This document shows, in pieces, positions 36,895-47,950 of a stretch of 64,000 bases of DNA (position 1 is the stretch's first letter; every line of letters starts with the position of its first letter). Both the position numbers and the translations under genes were made by a program. Source of the stretch: Rebecca billardiae RCC1528 (Eukaryota; Protista; Haptophyta); assembly GCA_965240325.2 (NCBI GenBank), contig OZ251251.1:310001-374000 (forward strand), written 5' to 3'. The notes under the pieces are model-generated. The model saw only the letters and a list, made by a program, of their open reading frames with translations. It was not told where the DNA came from and searched no databases.

Positions 36895-37392
36895 CGGCGC
36901 CAGATGTGGCAGCCCCGAGGGCGCAGACTGCAGAGGGGGAGGAGGGAGTGGGGCGATGGGCGTGAAACCCGAACGCGAGTGGAACTCTCGAGTCTCGAAG
37001 CCAATAAAAAATGAGTTCTCGAGCGCGGAACGCGGGTGCGGAGCCCGCGCCGCAATCGTGGAGAAGTCGAGATCATACCGAGATGTCATGTATCACCAAG
37101 GGGGAACCCCGTTGGTATCACAGTTGATATATGGATAGCGATCACTTCATCTTGGTCCCTGGACGTCTTATTCCAAACTTGAATACTCAGAGGTACCATA
37201 GATTGCCTTCCGAGGGTATGTTCGCAAGTCGCTCTTTATTGATGATACACACATACATATGCGCATGTATGATCGTCGCGCGGCCAATCAGGAGCGCCCG
37301 AAGCGCGATCTGGTTCAGCTGCTATGCGTCTATTGGCCAATCACTCCATCAGCACCGCGCGCATGGGTAAGCCGGCAGCGAGGCCAAACATC

Positions 37393-40300
37393 ATGCCGGA
37401 AACAATGGTCAGGGCGCGCCACCCGTGCTGCTCCACGGCGCACGCGCAGGAGGGCGGGGGCGCCGTCGACGGCGCGGTCGCGGTGAAGGCGAGTGGGGGC
37501 GCCGCTCGCCGTGCGCTCCGCGCCCCGCTGCGCGTCGCCGGCCGCGCGCTCGCGGGCGCGTCCGCCGAGCGCCGGCCTGCGGACGGCGCGCCGCGGCCCA
37601 TCCTGCGCCGCCGCTCTGAGGTGCGCTCGGGCGCGGGGCGGCGGCACGTGAGCTGGCCGAACGTGGTGGCGTACACGGACGACGACCCGTCCAAGGAGTA
37701 CGCGAGGCGCGAGGCGCAGGCGCAGCGCGAGCAGCGGCGCGCCAGCGGGCTGCGCGCGCTCTACCGATCGATCGCGCTGCCGGCGATGACGTACGAGGTG
37801 CGCGCGCCGCGCCGCGCGAGCCGCCGCGCGCGCGTGGGGGGTGCCCCGTGCGCACGCGTCCGCGTGCCCGCGCGAGCCGCCGCGCGGCCGCGCTGCGTGC
37901 GACTCGCATTGGCCGCTGAGCCGAGGCGCGCGCGCGCCGCCGCCGCGCGCGCGATCGCCGCCGCAGGTGTTCGCCATCCCGGTGCGCGCGGCGATGCCGG
38001 GCGCCGTGATCTTGCAGCCGCTCGCGCTGGTGCTCGACGCGCTCGTCGACCTCTTCAAGCTGGTGGACATGGGCTGCGCGCACGCGCTCGCGGCGCGCGT
38101 CGGCGTCGGCGGCTCGGTCGGCGGCGGCGGCGCGGCGGCGGCGGCGGCGGCGGCGGTCTCGGGCTGGCGCGCGTCTCAGCGGCACCGCGGCGCGCGCGAG
38201 GGCGTCGACGTGCTCGCGGTGGTGGTGCTGCACGCGAGCCGCGCGCTCTTCGCCGCCACCGCCGCCCGCCTCCCCTTCCAGCTCGCGCAGGCGCTCCGGC
38301 TGCCGCGCGTGTTCGAGCTGCTCGCGCTCACGCGCCACCTCTCGGACGACATGAACTGCGAGATCCGGCTGGTCGCGCTCTTCAAGTTCTTGCTGATCAC
38401 GCTGAGCGCGCCGCACTACGCCGCGTGCGCGTGGTGGTTCGCGGCGGAGGCCCTCGGCGACGCGCGCGCCTTCGGCCAGCCCGAGGGCCACGGCTGGGAC
38501 TGGTACCTGCGCGCGCTCTACTTGTCGTGGGCGGGGCTCACGCGCGCGGGCTACGGCCAGCTCGAGGTGTGGACGCACGCGGAGATGGTGGTGGGCGTGG
38601 GCGTGGCGGTGCTCGCGATCGTGTACTACGCGTTCGTGCTCGGCACGCTCTTCCACTACATCGCGCGCACCGACGAGTCCACCGTGCACCACAACGAGCT
38701 CATCAAGGCCGTCGAGCGGTACGGCGCCGAGCGCGGCCTCGGCGCGGCGCTGAGCGCGCGGCTGCGCGCGCACTTTGAGTTCCAGCACCGCAAGGTGTCG
38801 AGCGTGGCGGCGCGGATCTCGGGGCAGATGCCGCTCTCGCTGCGCACCGAGGTGGCCGTCGCGCAGTTCTCCACGCACGTCGGCGCCGCGTGGGTCTTCC
38901 TCGGCGCCTCGCGCCAGCTCGTGCGGCGCGTGTGCCTCCACCTCGCGGAGTGGCACGTGATGCCCGGGCAGACAGTTTTCAAGCGCGGCGACGGCGCGAC
39001 CGACGTGGTGTGGTGCGTGGCGGGGGCGCTCGAGCTGCGCAGGGGGGACGCGCTGGTGGGGCACGTGCGCGCCGACATCGGCCCCGGCCAGCTCGTCGGC
39101 GAGACCGCCTTCTTCGTCGGCTTCCCGCAGCCGCTCTCCGCCGTGACGCCGCCCACCGCCGAGGCGACGCTCGCGGCGCTCTCGTCGCGCGCGTACGGCG
39201 AGGTGCTGGCTTCGCTCCCTGAGCAGGCGCGGCTGGTGCTGGGGAACATCCTGCGGAGGTTCGGGCTCGACGCCGCGGGCGCCGACGCCGCGCCCGGCGC
39301 CGCCGCCGACCCCGCCGCCGCCCTCGACGACGACGAGCGCCGCGAGCACGCCGCGCTGCGCGAGGCGGTGCGCGCCGCCCTCCGCGCGCGCACGGAGGAG
39401 CAGCTGGTCGACTTCATGCAGGCGGTGGCCGCGGCGGACGCGGACACGGTGCGCGCGATGGTGGCGCGCGGCTTCGCCGTCGACACGGGCACGTACGACC
39501 GGCGCACCGGGCTGCACCTCGCGTGCCGCCTCGGGCTCGCCTCGATGGTCGGGCTGCTCTGCGAGCTGGGCGCGCACGTCAACATCAAGGAGTGAGCGCA
39601 GCGCGCGGCGCGCACACGCGCGCGCACAGCGGCCACACAGCGCGCACGTGCACCGCGCACACCGCCGCGTGCAGACCGCGCACGCCGCGCGTTGGGCGCG
39701 GCACACACCGCGCGCGCCGGGCGGGCGCGCCGCCCCCGCGCTCAGCCGCGCCGCCCGCCCCGCGCCCCGCCCGCGCCCCGCCCCGCGCCCCGCCCCGCGC
39801 CAGCCGGTTCGGCACGACGCCGATGCAGGAGGCGGTGAACAACGGCCACCCGCGCGCCGCGGAGCTGCTCGCGCGGCACGGCGGCGTGCTCGTCTTCCAC
39901 CACGCCGCCTCGCGCATGTTCGCCGCCGCGTGGCGCGGCGACGCCGACCAGCTCGGCATGCTCGTCTCGCACGGCGTCGAGCTGAACGTGCGCAACTACG
40001 ACGATCGCACGGTGCTGCACGTGGCCGCGACGACGGGTGACGTGCGCCTCGCGTCGTGGCTGCTGGGCAGCCTGGCGGACGTGGGCGCGACCGACCGGTA
40101 CGGGCGCACGCCGCTCGACGACGCGCTCGCGCGCGGCCACGGGCTGGTCGCGCGGCTGCTGCTCCGCTGGTCCTCGCCGCTCTCGCCCGCGCTGCACGCC
40201 GCGCGGCTGCACGCCGCCGCGCGCGCGGGCGACGTGGACGGCCTCCGGCTGCTGGTGGATGTGGGGCGGAGCCAGCTGGACGCGGCCGACTACGCGGGGC

Positions 40301-41240
40301 GCACGGCGCTGCACCTCGCCGTCGGCTCGCGCTCGCGCTCCGCCGTGCAGCTGCTCGTCGCCTCGATGGCAGACGTGTCCGCCGAGGACTGCCGCGGCCG
40401 CACACCCCTCGTGCAGGCGCTGGCCGCGGGCGACAGCGCGTGCGCGGCGCTCCTGATACACGTCGGCGGCGCGGCGCTGCCCGGCGCGTGGGCGGAGCAC
40501 GCCGAGCTCGGCGCCGCGCTCGGCGCCGCGCGCGCGCACGACGTGCTCGCCATCACGCGCGCCATCCGCGAGCGCAGCCGCGTGCGCGACGCGCAGAGCT
40601 CGGCCATCGAGGCGCTCGAGCTCGAGATTGGCGGCAGCCTCGCGCTGCTGCTGCGGGAGCTCAGCGGGCTGGGCGGCGCGCACGATGCCATCTACCGCGC
40701 GCTGCGCGCGCACGCGGACGGCTGGCTGCACGCGTACGCGCTCGACGAGGCGGAGGGCGGCGCGCGCGAGGCGGAGGCGGAGGCGGAGGCGCAGGCGCAG
40801 GCGGAGGCGGAGGCGGAGGCGGCGGAGGAGCGTGCGCTCGGCGCGAGGCACGCGGAGGAGCGCGGCGGCTCGGACGACGGCGCCGAGGGCGCGGCGGCCG
40901 CCGAGCGCGGCGGCCACGGCGCCGAGCCGGCCGGCGCGCGCGCGCCGCCCTCCGCCGACGGCGGCCTGCCCGCGGCGCAGCGGCAGGCCCTGTTCCACCG
41001 CGCCTTCCTGCGCACGCTGCTGCTGCTGCCGCGCGCAGAGGCCGGGCTCGGCGCGCTGCGCGCGCTGTACCGCGCGCGGCTCGACGCCTCCCTCTTCGCC
41101 GGCGCGGCGCACCGGCACAGCGTCGAGCTGGACGCGTTGCGCTGCCTGCTGCGCGAGGAGCTGGGGCTGGACGAGCAGAGCGCGAGGCAGGCGGTGGCGG
41201 AGGTGCTCGGCACGCTGCACGAGCTGCTCGGCACAGGGGA

Positions 41241-41272
<32 letters not shown>

Positions 41273-43315
41273 CGGACTTGCGGCGCGGGCCGGGCGCCGC
41301 CGACGCCGCGGCCGAGGGCGCCGGCGGCGCGGCGTCGCAGCCGCAGCCGCAGCTCGCGCCGCTGCGCGGCCCCTCGCGCGCCGCCGGCCTCGTGCACACG
41401 GGCTCGGAGGCGGGCACGTCCCTCGCCGAGCTCGTGCGCGCGACGGGGGAGGACCGGCTGCTGCGCGCGCAGGCCGCGCGCGTCGCCGCGCTGCAGCGCC
41501 GGCTGTGGCTCCCGGCGCAGGCGGGCGCGCCGAGGGCTGCCACCGGCGGCGCGGCCGCGGCCGCGCCGCCGCCTCCCGCCGAGGCGGAGGCGGCGGGGGC
41601 CGAGCAGAGTCCGGGGGAGGAGAGTCCGGTGTACCTCTCCGAGCTGGGGCACGTGGTGCTGCTCTGCTCGCGCACACTCGTCGCTGCGCTCGCCGCGCGG
41701 CACCGCGAGGGCGCGTCGTCGGCCGCGGCGTCGGCGGGCGCTGAGCGGTGGCGCGCGGACGGCGCGGCGCAGCCGCTGCGCGCGCCGAGCGCGGGCGGCC
41801 GCGACGGCGGCGGCGGCGGCGGCGCGTGCGGGCCGGCGCTGCCGCCCTCGAGCCGCGCGGGCGCCGCCGCGGCCTCCTCCTCCGCGCCCAGCTCGCCCGA
41901 GCGCACGCCGACGGGCCGCGCGCGGCTGCGCGGCGCGCGCGGCTCGCACGGCGCGGCCGACGCGGCGGGCGGCACGCCGCCCTCGTCGCCCGGCGGCGGC
42001 CGGCGGCTGCGGCTGCCGGCGGTGCCCACGCGCTCGCACGCGCGCGCGCGCGCCGAGCCCGGCGCGCCGCCGCCCGCCGACGCGCTCGGCAGCGCGTGCG
42101 CGGCCGCACACGTGCTCCTGCGCTTCTTTGAGCTCTTCGACCGGAGCGGCTGCGGCGTTGTGCGCGTGCGGGACCTGCAGTGGCTGGGGCGGCAGCGCGT
42201 GGGCGACCTCGGCGAGGTGCAGCCGCTGGTGAGCTTCCTGTGCGACGCGGCGCTCGCGCTCTCAAAGCCGCCGCCGCCGCTGCCGGCCGCGCGCGCGCCC
42301 ACGGCCGCCGAGCCCGGCGGCGCGGCGCGCGCGGACGCGCCGCCGCCGCCGGGCGCGCGCGCGCCGAAGTGGTCCAAGGTGCGCCAGAGCCTCACGGCCG
42401 CGACCGTGATCGGCCGGCCCGGCCCGCTGGACGGGCTGCCCCTGCCCCCGGCGGCGCAGCCGCAGCCGCAGGGCGAGGCCCCGGGCGCGGGCGCCGCCAC
42501 CGCCGCGCCGCCACCGCCGATGGGGATGGCGGCGCTCCTCGCGCGCCGGCGCGCGGACGGCGAGCGTCTGATGAGCGCCGCCCACTTCTACGTGGCGCTC
42601 TCGTCGTGGATCCTGCTCGGCGAGGCGCAGGGCGGGGCGGAGGGGCGCGAGGAGGGCGCGGAGGGCGGCGGCTCGCCGCCGCGGCCGGCCGGCGCTGGCG
42701 CGCCCGCGCCGGCGCTGGCGCTCGAGCCGCGGCGCTCAGGCCGCGGCGGCGAGGAGGAGGAGGAGGAGGAGGGGCCCGCGGCGCGGCGCGCGGGCTGCGC
42801 CGAGCGGCTGCGCAACCTCGTCGCCCGGCCGCGCGCCGCCGCCGCGGCCGGCCCGCCTCCGGCCGCGCGCCGCGCCCTCGGCGGCGGCGGCGGCGCGGCG
42901 GCGCGCGGCGGCGGCGCGCTCGGCGCGCGCCCGCCTCCGCACGAGCAGCAGCCGCTGGCGCGCGAGCTCTCGGCGCCGGACGCGACGGCGGCGCTGGCGC
43001 GCGCGCTGGCGCAGCGGCTGGGCCACGAGCGCCTCCGGCCGGACGAGCCGGTCGACTGGGCGGAATTTGCAGCCCTCGCGCGCCAGCTGCTCACGCTGCC
43101 GCGCGGCGCTGCGCCCGAGGAGTGTGCGGCGTGGGCGCGCGCCGCGCTCGGCGTGGGCGGCGGCGCGGGGGCGGAGGAGGGCGGCGAGGGCGCGGAGGCG
43201 GAGGAGGAGGCGCACGAGGGGACGCCGCTCGCGCGCGCGCACGAGGCGGGCGAGCCGCCCACGTGGCGGCTGCTCGTGCAGCGCCTCGACGACGCGGCCG
43301 AGCGCGCGCGCGACG

Positions 43316-43358
<43 letters not shown>

Positions 43359-46300
43359 GCCGCGCCGCCCCTGGTTCGTGCTGCCGCACCGCTCGGCGGC
43401 CTCGCGCGGCGTGCACGCCGTGTTCGTCGCGTGCGCCGTCGCCGACTTCTGCGTGCTGCCGCTCGAGCTCGCCTTTGTCGTCCTGCAGCCGGACGCGCAC
43501 GCGGCCGCGCCCGCCGTGTCCGCGCTGCGCGCACGGCTGGAGGCGTGCAACCTCGGCGTGACGGCGTGGTGCTGCGCGCGGCTGCTGCTGCGCTTCGTGA
43601 CGAGCTACGAGAACGGGGACTCGGTCGAGGTGCTCTCGCCCTCGGCGATCCGGCAGCACTACCTCAAGGGCGAGTTCGTTCTCGACCTGGTCGGCGCGTG
43701 GCCGCAGCACCTGCTCGCGCGCGCGAGCGGCGCGCGGCCGTCCGTGTACGTGGGCGTGCGCTGCACGCGGCTGCTGCACCTGCGGTACGTGCGCGCGGCG
43801 CTGTCCGAGCTGAAGGCGCGCGTGGGCAAGCGGAACATCCTGGCGAACATCCTGCTGCGGCTGCTGCCGATGCTCTGCGTCACGCACGTGCTCGCGTGCG
43901 TGTGGGAGGTGGTCGAGAGCGCCGCGCCCGCCGCGCGCGCGCGCTCGGTCGTGCTGGAGTGGGAGGAGCCGATGGCGGACAAGCCGCTGCCGCACACGCC
44001 GCACCCGGGCGCGGAGGCGGCGGGCGAGGGCGCGGGGTACGGCGGGAGCGGGGGCGTCGGCCGCGACGACATCTTCGCCCGGTACACCCTCGGCTACCTC
44101 CGGTGGCTCACCATGGGCGTGTTTGAGCTGCCCGCCAACGTGCCCGAGCTGCTGTGGGTGCTGGCCGTGTTCGCGGCGCAGCTCGTGCTGTACGCGTGGA
44201 CGGTGGGCGGGGTCTCGGGGATCGTGATGCGGCACGACGACGACATCGTGGCCAAGCGCGCGCAGCTCGAGCTCGTCAGCGCGTTCATCCGCCACCTCGG
44301 CGTGTCCCCCGCGCTCAAGGAGCGGCTGCGCGCGTACTTTGTGTCGCGCATCGCTGCGAGCGCGTCCCTCGCCGCCGTCTCGTCGGAAGACGTGTACGCA
44401 CGGCTGCCCATACCGCTGCAGATGGAGGTGGCGGCGTGCACCTCGCGCCCGCTGCTCGGCGCGGCGGCGCTCTTCCGCGGGTGCGACCCCGCCTTCCTCG
44501 ACCGCCTCGCCGCGATGCTCGCCGAGCGCGCCATCGACGCGGAGGCGCTCGTCTTCCACGCGGGCGAGGCGTGCGCGGAGCTGCTGCTGATCGCGGCTGG
44601 CCGCGTGGAGCTGTACGCGCCGGGCGCGGAGGGCGCGGAGGGCGGCGGCGGCCTGGACGGCGCGCGGCCGGCGGAGATCAAGGGGCGCGGCTCGACGCTG
44701 GGCGACGTGCCCTTCGCCTTCGCCATCCGGCACATCCACACCGCGCGCGTCGGGCGCGGCGAGGGCGCGCGCGTCTTCTCCCTCGGCGCCGCGCCGTACC
44801 GCGAGCTGCTGCGCGCCTTCCCCGCGCAGGAGGACGCGCTGATGGAGCGCGCGATGCGCGCGCACGAGGAGGCGGCGCGCGCGCACGGCGGGGGGGTAGG
44901 GGGGCCGGGCGGCGCGGCGCACGGCGCGCCGCCCGCCGAGCCGGGCGGCGGCGGCAGGGTGCGCGGCGCCGTGCTCATCGGCTTTGGCGTCTCGGAGGAG
45001 GCGGCGGACACCGTGCACACCGTGCACACCGTGCGCGCGGCGCGGCGCGGCGCGGAGCGGCGCGAAGCGGCGCGCGGCCGCGGTGTCGCGCGCGACACCG
45101 CTCACGCGCCGCCGCCGGCCCCCGGCGCGCCGCGCGCGCGGTCGCGCAGGTGCTGGCCAACGCGCGCACCAAGCGGCTGCGCGCGCACCACACGCGCCTC
45201 TGCTGGGCGTGCGCCAAGGGCCAGTTCGAGGCGGCGCGTCGGCTGGTGCTCGCCACCGCCATCGACGTGAACGCCGCGGACGCGCTCGGCCGCACCGCGC
45301 TGCACCTCGCCGCGTGCGGCGGCAGCCCGCGCCTCGTGCGCTTCCTCGTCGCCGCGCGCGCCGAGCCCAACGCCGAGGACTCGCGCGGCCGCGCGCCGCT
45401 CACCGACGCTCTGATTGCCGGCCACGGCCCGACGGTGGCCGCGCTCAAGAGCCTGGGGTGCGTGCACGGCTCGAACGTGTCGCACGTGTGCACGTGCCCG
45501 CCGTACGAGCACCTGTGCAAGGCGGTGGCGGACGGGGACGAGGCCGAGCTGCGCACGCTGATCGAGCGCGAGAACCCGGTGGGCGACCCCGACCCGCACG
45601 GCCGCACCGCGCTGCACGTGGCCGCGGCCGCCGGGCGGCACGGCGCGGTGGCGCTGCTGCTCGAGGCGCGCGCGCCGCACAGCGCGGCCGACGAGGACGG
45701 CGCGACGCCGCTCGCGCTCGCCGTGCGCTTCGGGCACGACCGCTGCGCCGACGCGCTGCTCGCGCACGGCGCCGCGCTCGGCGCGCGCTTCGACGCCGCG
45801 AGCCAGCTCTGCGCCGCCGCCGCGCGCGACGACGTCGACGCGCTGCGCCGGCTGCTGCGGCTCGGCTGCGCCGTCAACGCGCCCGACGAGCTGGGCCGCA
45901 CGGCGCTGCACGTGGCGGCGGCGCGGCGCAACGAGCCCGCCGTCTCGGTGCTGCTGCGCGCGCCGGGCGTGGACGTGCGCGCGGAGAGCGCGTTCGGCGA
46001 GACGGCGCTCGACGAGGCGGCGCGCGCGGAGGCGGCCGAGAGCGCGCCCGTCGTGAGCACGCTGCTGCGCTCGGGCGGCGCGCGGCCGAGCGCGCGCGCC
46101 GCCGTCGCCGCCGCGGGCGAGGCGGTGGGCGAAGCGGCGGCGGCGGCGGCGGCGGCGGGGCCCGGCCTGGAGGAGCGCGAGCTGGAGGCGCTGCGCGCGC
46201 AGGCGCGCGGCCGAGAGCTGCTCCTCGCGCGCGTCAAGGCGCTCGTCGAGTGGGCGCGCAGGGAGGCGGGCGCGGCCGCGCGCGTCCGCGCCGCGCTCGA

Positions 46301-46712
46301 CGCCGCGGCCGCGCTGCAGCGCGCGCGCGGCGCGGTGCTGGCGGACGAGATGCCCACGCTGTGGGACGAGCTGCGCGCCTTCGCCGACGAGCACTGCGCG
46401 TGGCAGTCCGAGGCGGGGCGGATCGTCGCGCCCGCGCTCGACGCGTGGCGCGCCGAGGCCGACGCGCGCGCCGCGCCCGCCATGGCGTCGGCGCGCGAGC
46501 AGGTGCGCGCGACACCCGCCCGACCGGCCGCGCGGCGCCGCGCGCGCGCCTCGGACGCAGCGCCCCGCCCCACCGCCGCGCCCCACCCGCGCCCCCTGCC
46601 CGCCCCGCCGCAGCTCGCCGAGCTGATGGCCGCGCACGAGCAGGACGGCGCCAAGGCCCTCGAGGCCTTGTACGAGGCCACCTTCCGCAAGCCGAGCGGC
46701 GGCGCGCACTGA
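37393..46712 (+). CDS. Giant tandem cyclic-nucleotide-binding-domain channel (AKT/SKOR-like): 2x[channel, C-linker, cNBD, ankyrin repeats] with a central EF-hand-like region
   Basis: Exons approximately 37393-37797, 37967-39591, 39804-45030, 45150-46502 and 46614-46712, all GT-AG and in frame. Pore 1 is YLSWAGLTRAGYGQL; cNBDs VFKRGDGA...GETAF and VFHAGEAC...GDVPFAF; many D..GRTALH ankyrin repeats. Start may be 37363. Confidence 0.88.
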
Positions 46713-46869
46713 CCCCGCATGAGGGCGGGGCACTGAGTGGCAGCCCGCGCGCGGCCGCGGGCCGCCGCGCCGCACGGCGGCCGCCGCTGCCCGCGCCGCG
46801 CTCATTGCTAGCAAGCAGCGGGCGCGCCCACGCGTCACGACTGACTGTGATGCGCCATCATGACAATGG

Positions 46870-46940
46870 TAGGCTGGTCCATCCCGATTTTCGCCACTGA
46901 AAAAGCCTTTTTCGGATTGCGGGCGCCTCTCATTATTTTC
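46870..46940. mobile_element. Solo or truncated terminus of the same transposon family as nested element 2
   Basis: TAGGCTGGTCCATCCCGATTTTCGCCACTGAAAAAGCCTTTTTCGGATT is almost the exact reverse complement of 15785-15833; no partner end found. Confidence 0.8.
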
Positions 46941-47094
46941 TCCCGCGAATTTTTCATTTTGTCGCGCGTCATCGCTCACTTGACCCGGACTGTCGGTCGC
47001 GCGCGCGCGCGCGCGCGGGGTCGGAGCTGCGGCGGGGATCAAGGGCGTTGCCAGTGAGGTCTCGAGCTACGAGCTGTGGCCCCCCGCGGCAAGC

Positions 47095-47871
47095 ATGTCG
47101 TCGTCACCGCCTTTCGATATGGCGACGGGCCGTATCATTCGCAACCCGCCTTGGGTCGGGGACAACTGCCGACACGGCGGGCCCAACATGGACACTGCAG
47201 GCCAACTCATGCCGCACCTGTTCGACTGCTTCGCGTCTCTCCAGTCCACTCTCTACGAGAATTCCCTCTTCATGGGTGCGGACAGGGAGAATTTCGACTC
47301 CCTCACCGTAACACAACGAGCGGCGTTGACAGAAATGATCACGCGCGTGGAGATCAGCACGCTCCGCGCATTTTGGATGGATCCGACTCGCGAGCGCGCC
47401 TTGATCCCCGATGCGTACAAAATATGCTTCTCCATGGCCGTCGACGCCTCCTGGGACAAGAAGTACGATGAGGCGCGCCAGATGGTGAGGGTGGGCATCT
47501 TCCTCAAAATGACCTTTCATGACGGGGGCAATCCCGTGCGCCGCCATTCGCAAGGGAACGTGGAGCGTGACGAGGAGCATGCCAGGGTGCTCGTGCGCAC
47601 GAGCACTGACCGCGGGCTTGTGCTCTTTCTGGACGCGTTGCACACGTGCGGATGCCTGCGCGAGCGCGCCGAAGAGATGAGGAGACTGCCGCCCATGGCC
47701 AAGTGCTATGGGTGCAAGGTGCAAGCGCCCAAATCGCAGCTGAGGAGGTGTTCCCGCTGCCGTCTCGCCGTGTACTGTTCACCGGAATGCCAACGGGCCT
47801 GCTGGCCAGTGCACAAGCGTACCTGCATGCCGTGTCAGCAGCCAGCTGCTGCCACGACTGCGAGCTCGTAA
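47095..47871 (+). CDS. MYND zinc-finger protein (intronless)
   Basis: CYGC...CSRCRLAVYCSPECQRACWPVHKRTC, preceded by RGLVLFLDALHTCGCL. Confidence 0.88.
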   Translation: MSSSPPFDMATGRIIRNPPWVGDNCRHGGPNMDTAGQLMPHLFDCFASLQSTLYENSLFMGADRENFDSLTVTQRAALTEMITRVEISTLRAFWMDPTRERALIPDAYKICFSMAVDASWDKKYDEARQMVRVGIFLKMTFHDGGNPVRRHSQGNVERDEEHARVLVRTSTDRGLVLFLDALHTCGCLRERAEEMRRLPPMAKCYGCKVQAPKSQLRRCSRCRLAVYCSPECQRACWPVHKRTCMPCQQPAAATTASS

Positions 47872-47950
47872 CGAGCTAGTATAAACGAGTAACCGAGTAA
47901 CCGGGTCACATGCAGCAACAGTCGGCGCAGTCCTCAGCTAATAAGTCAGT

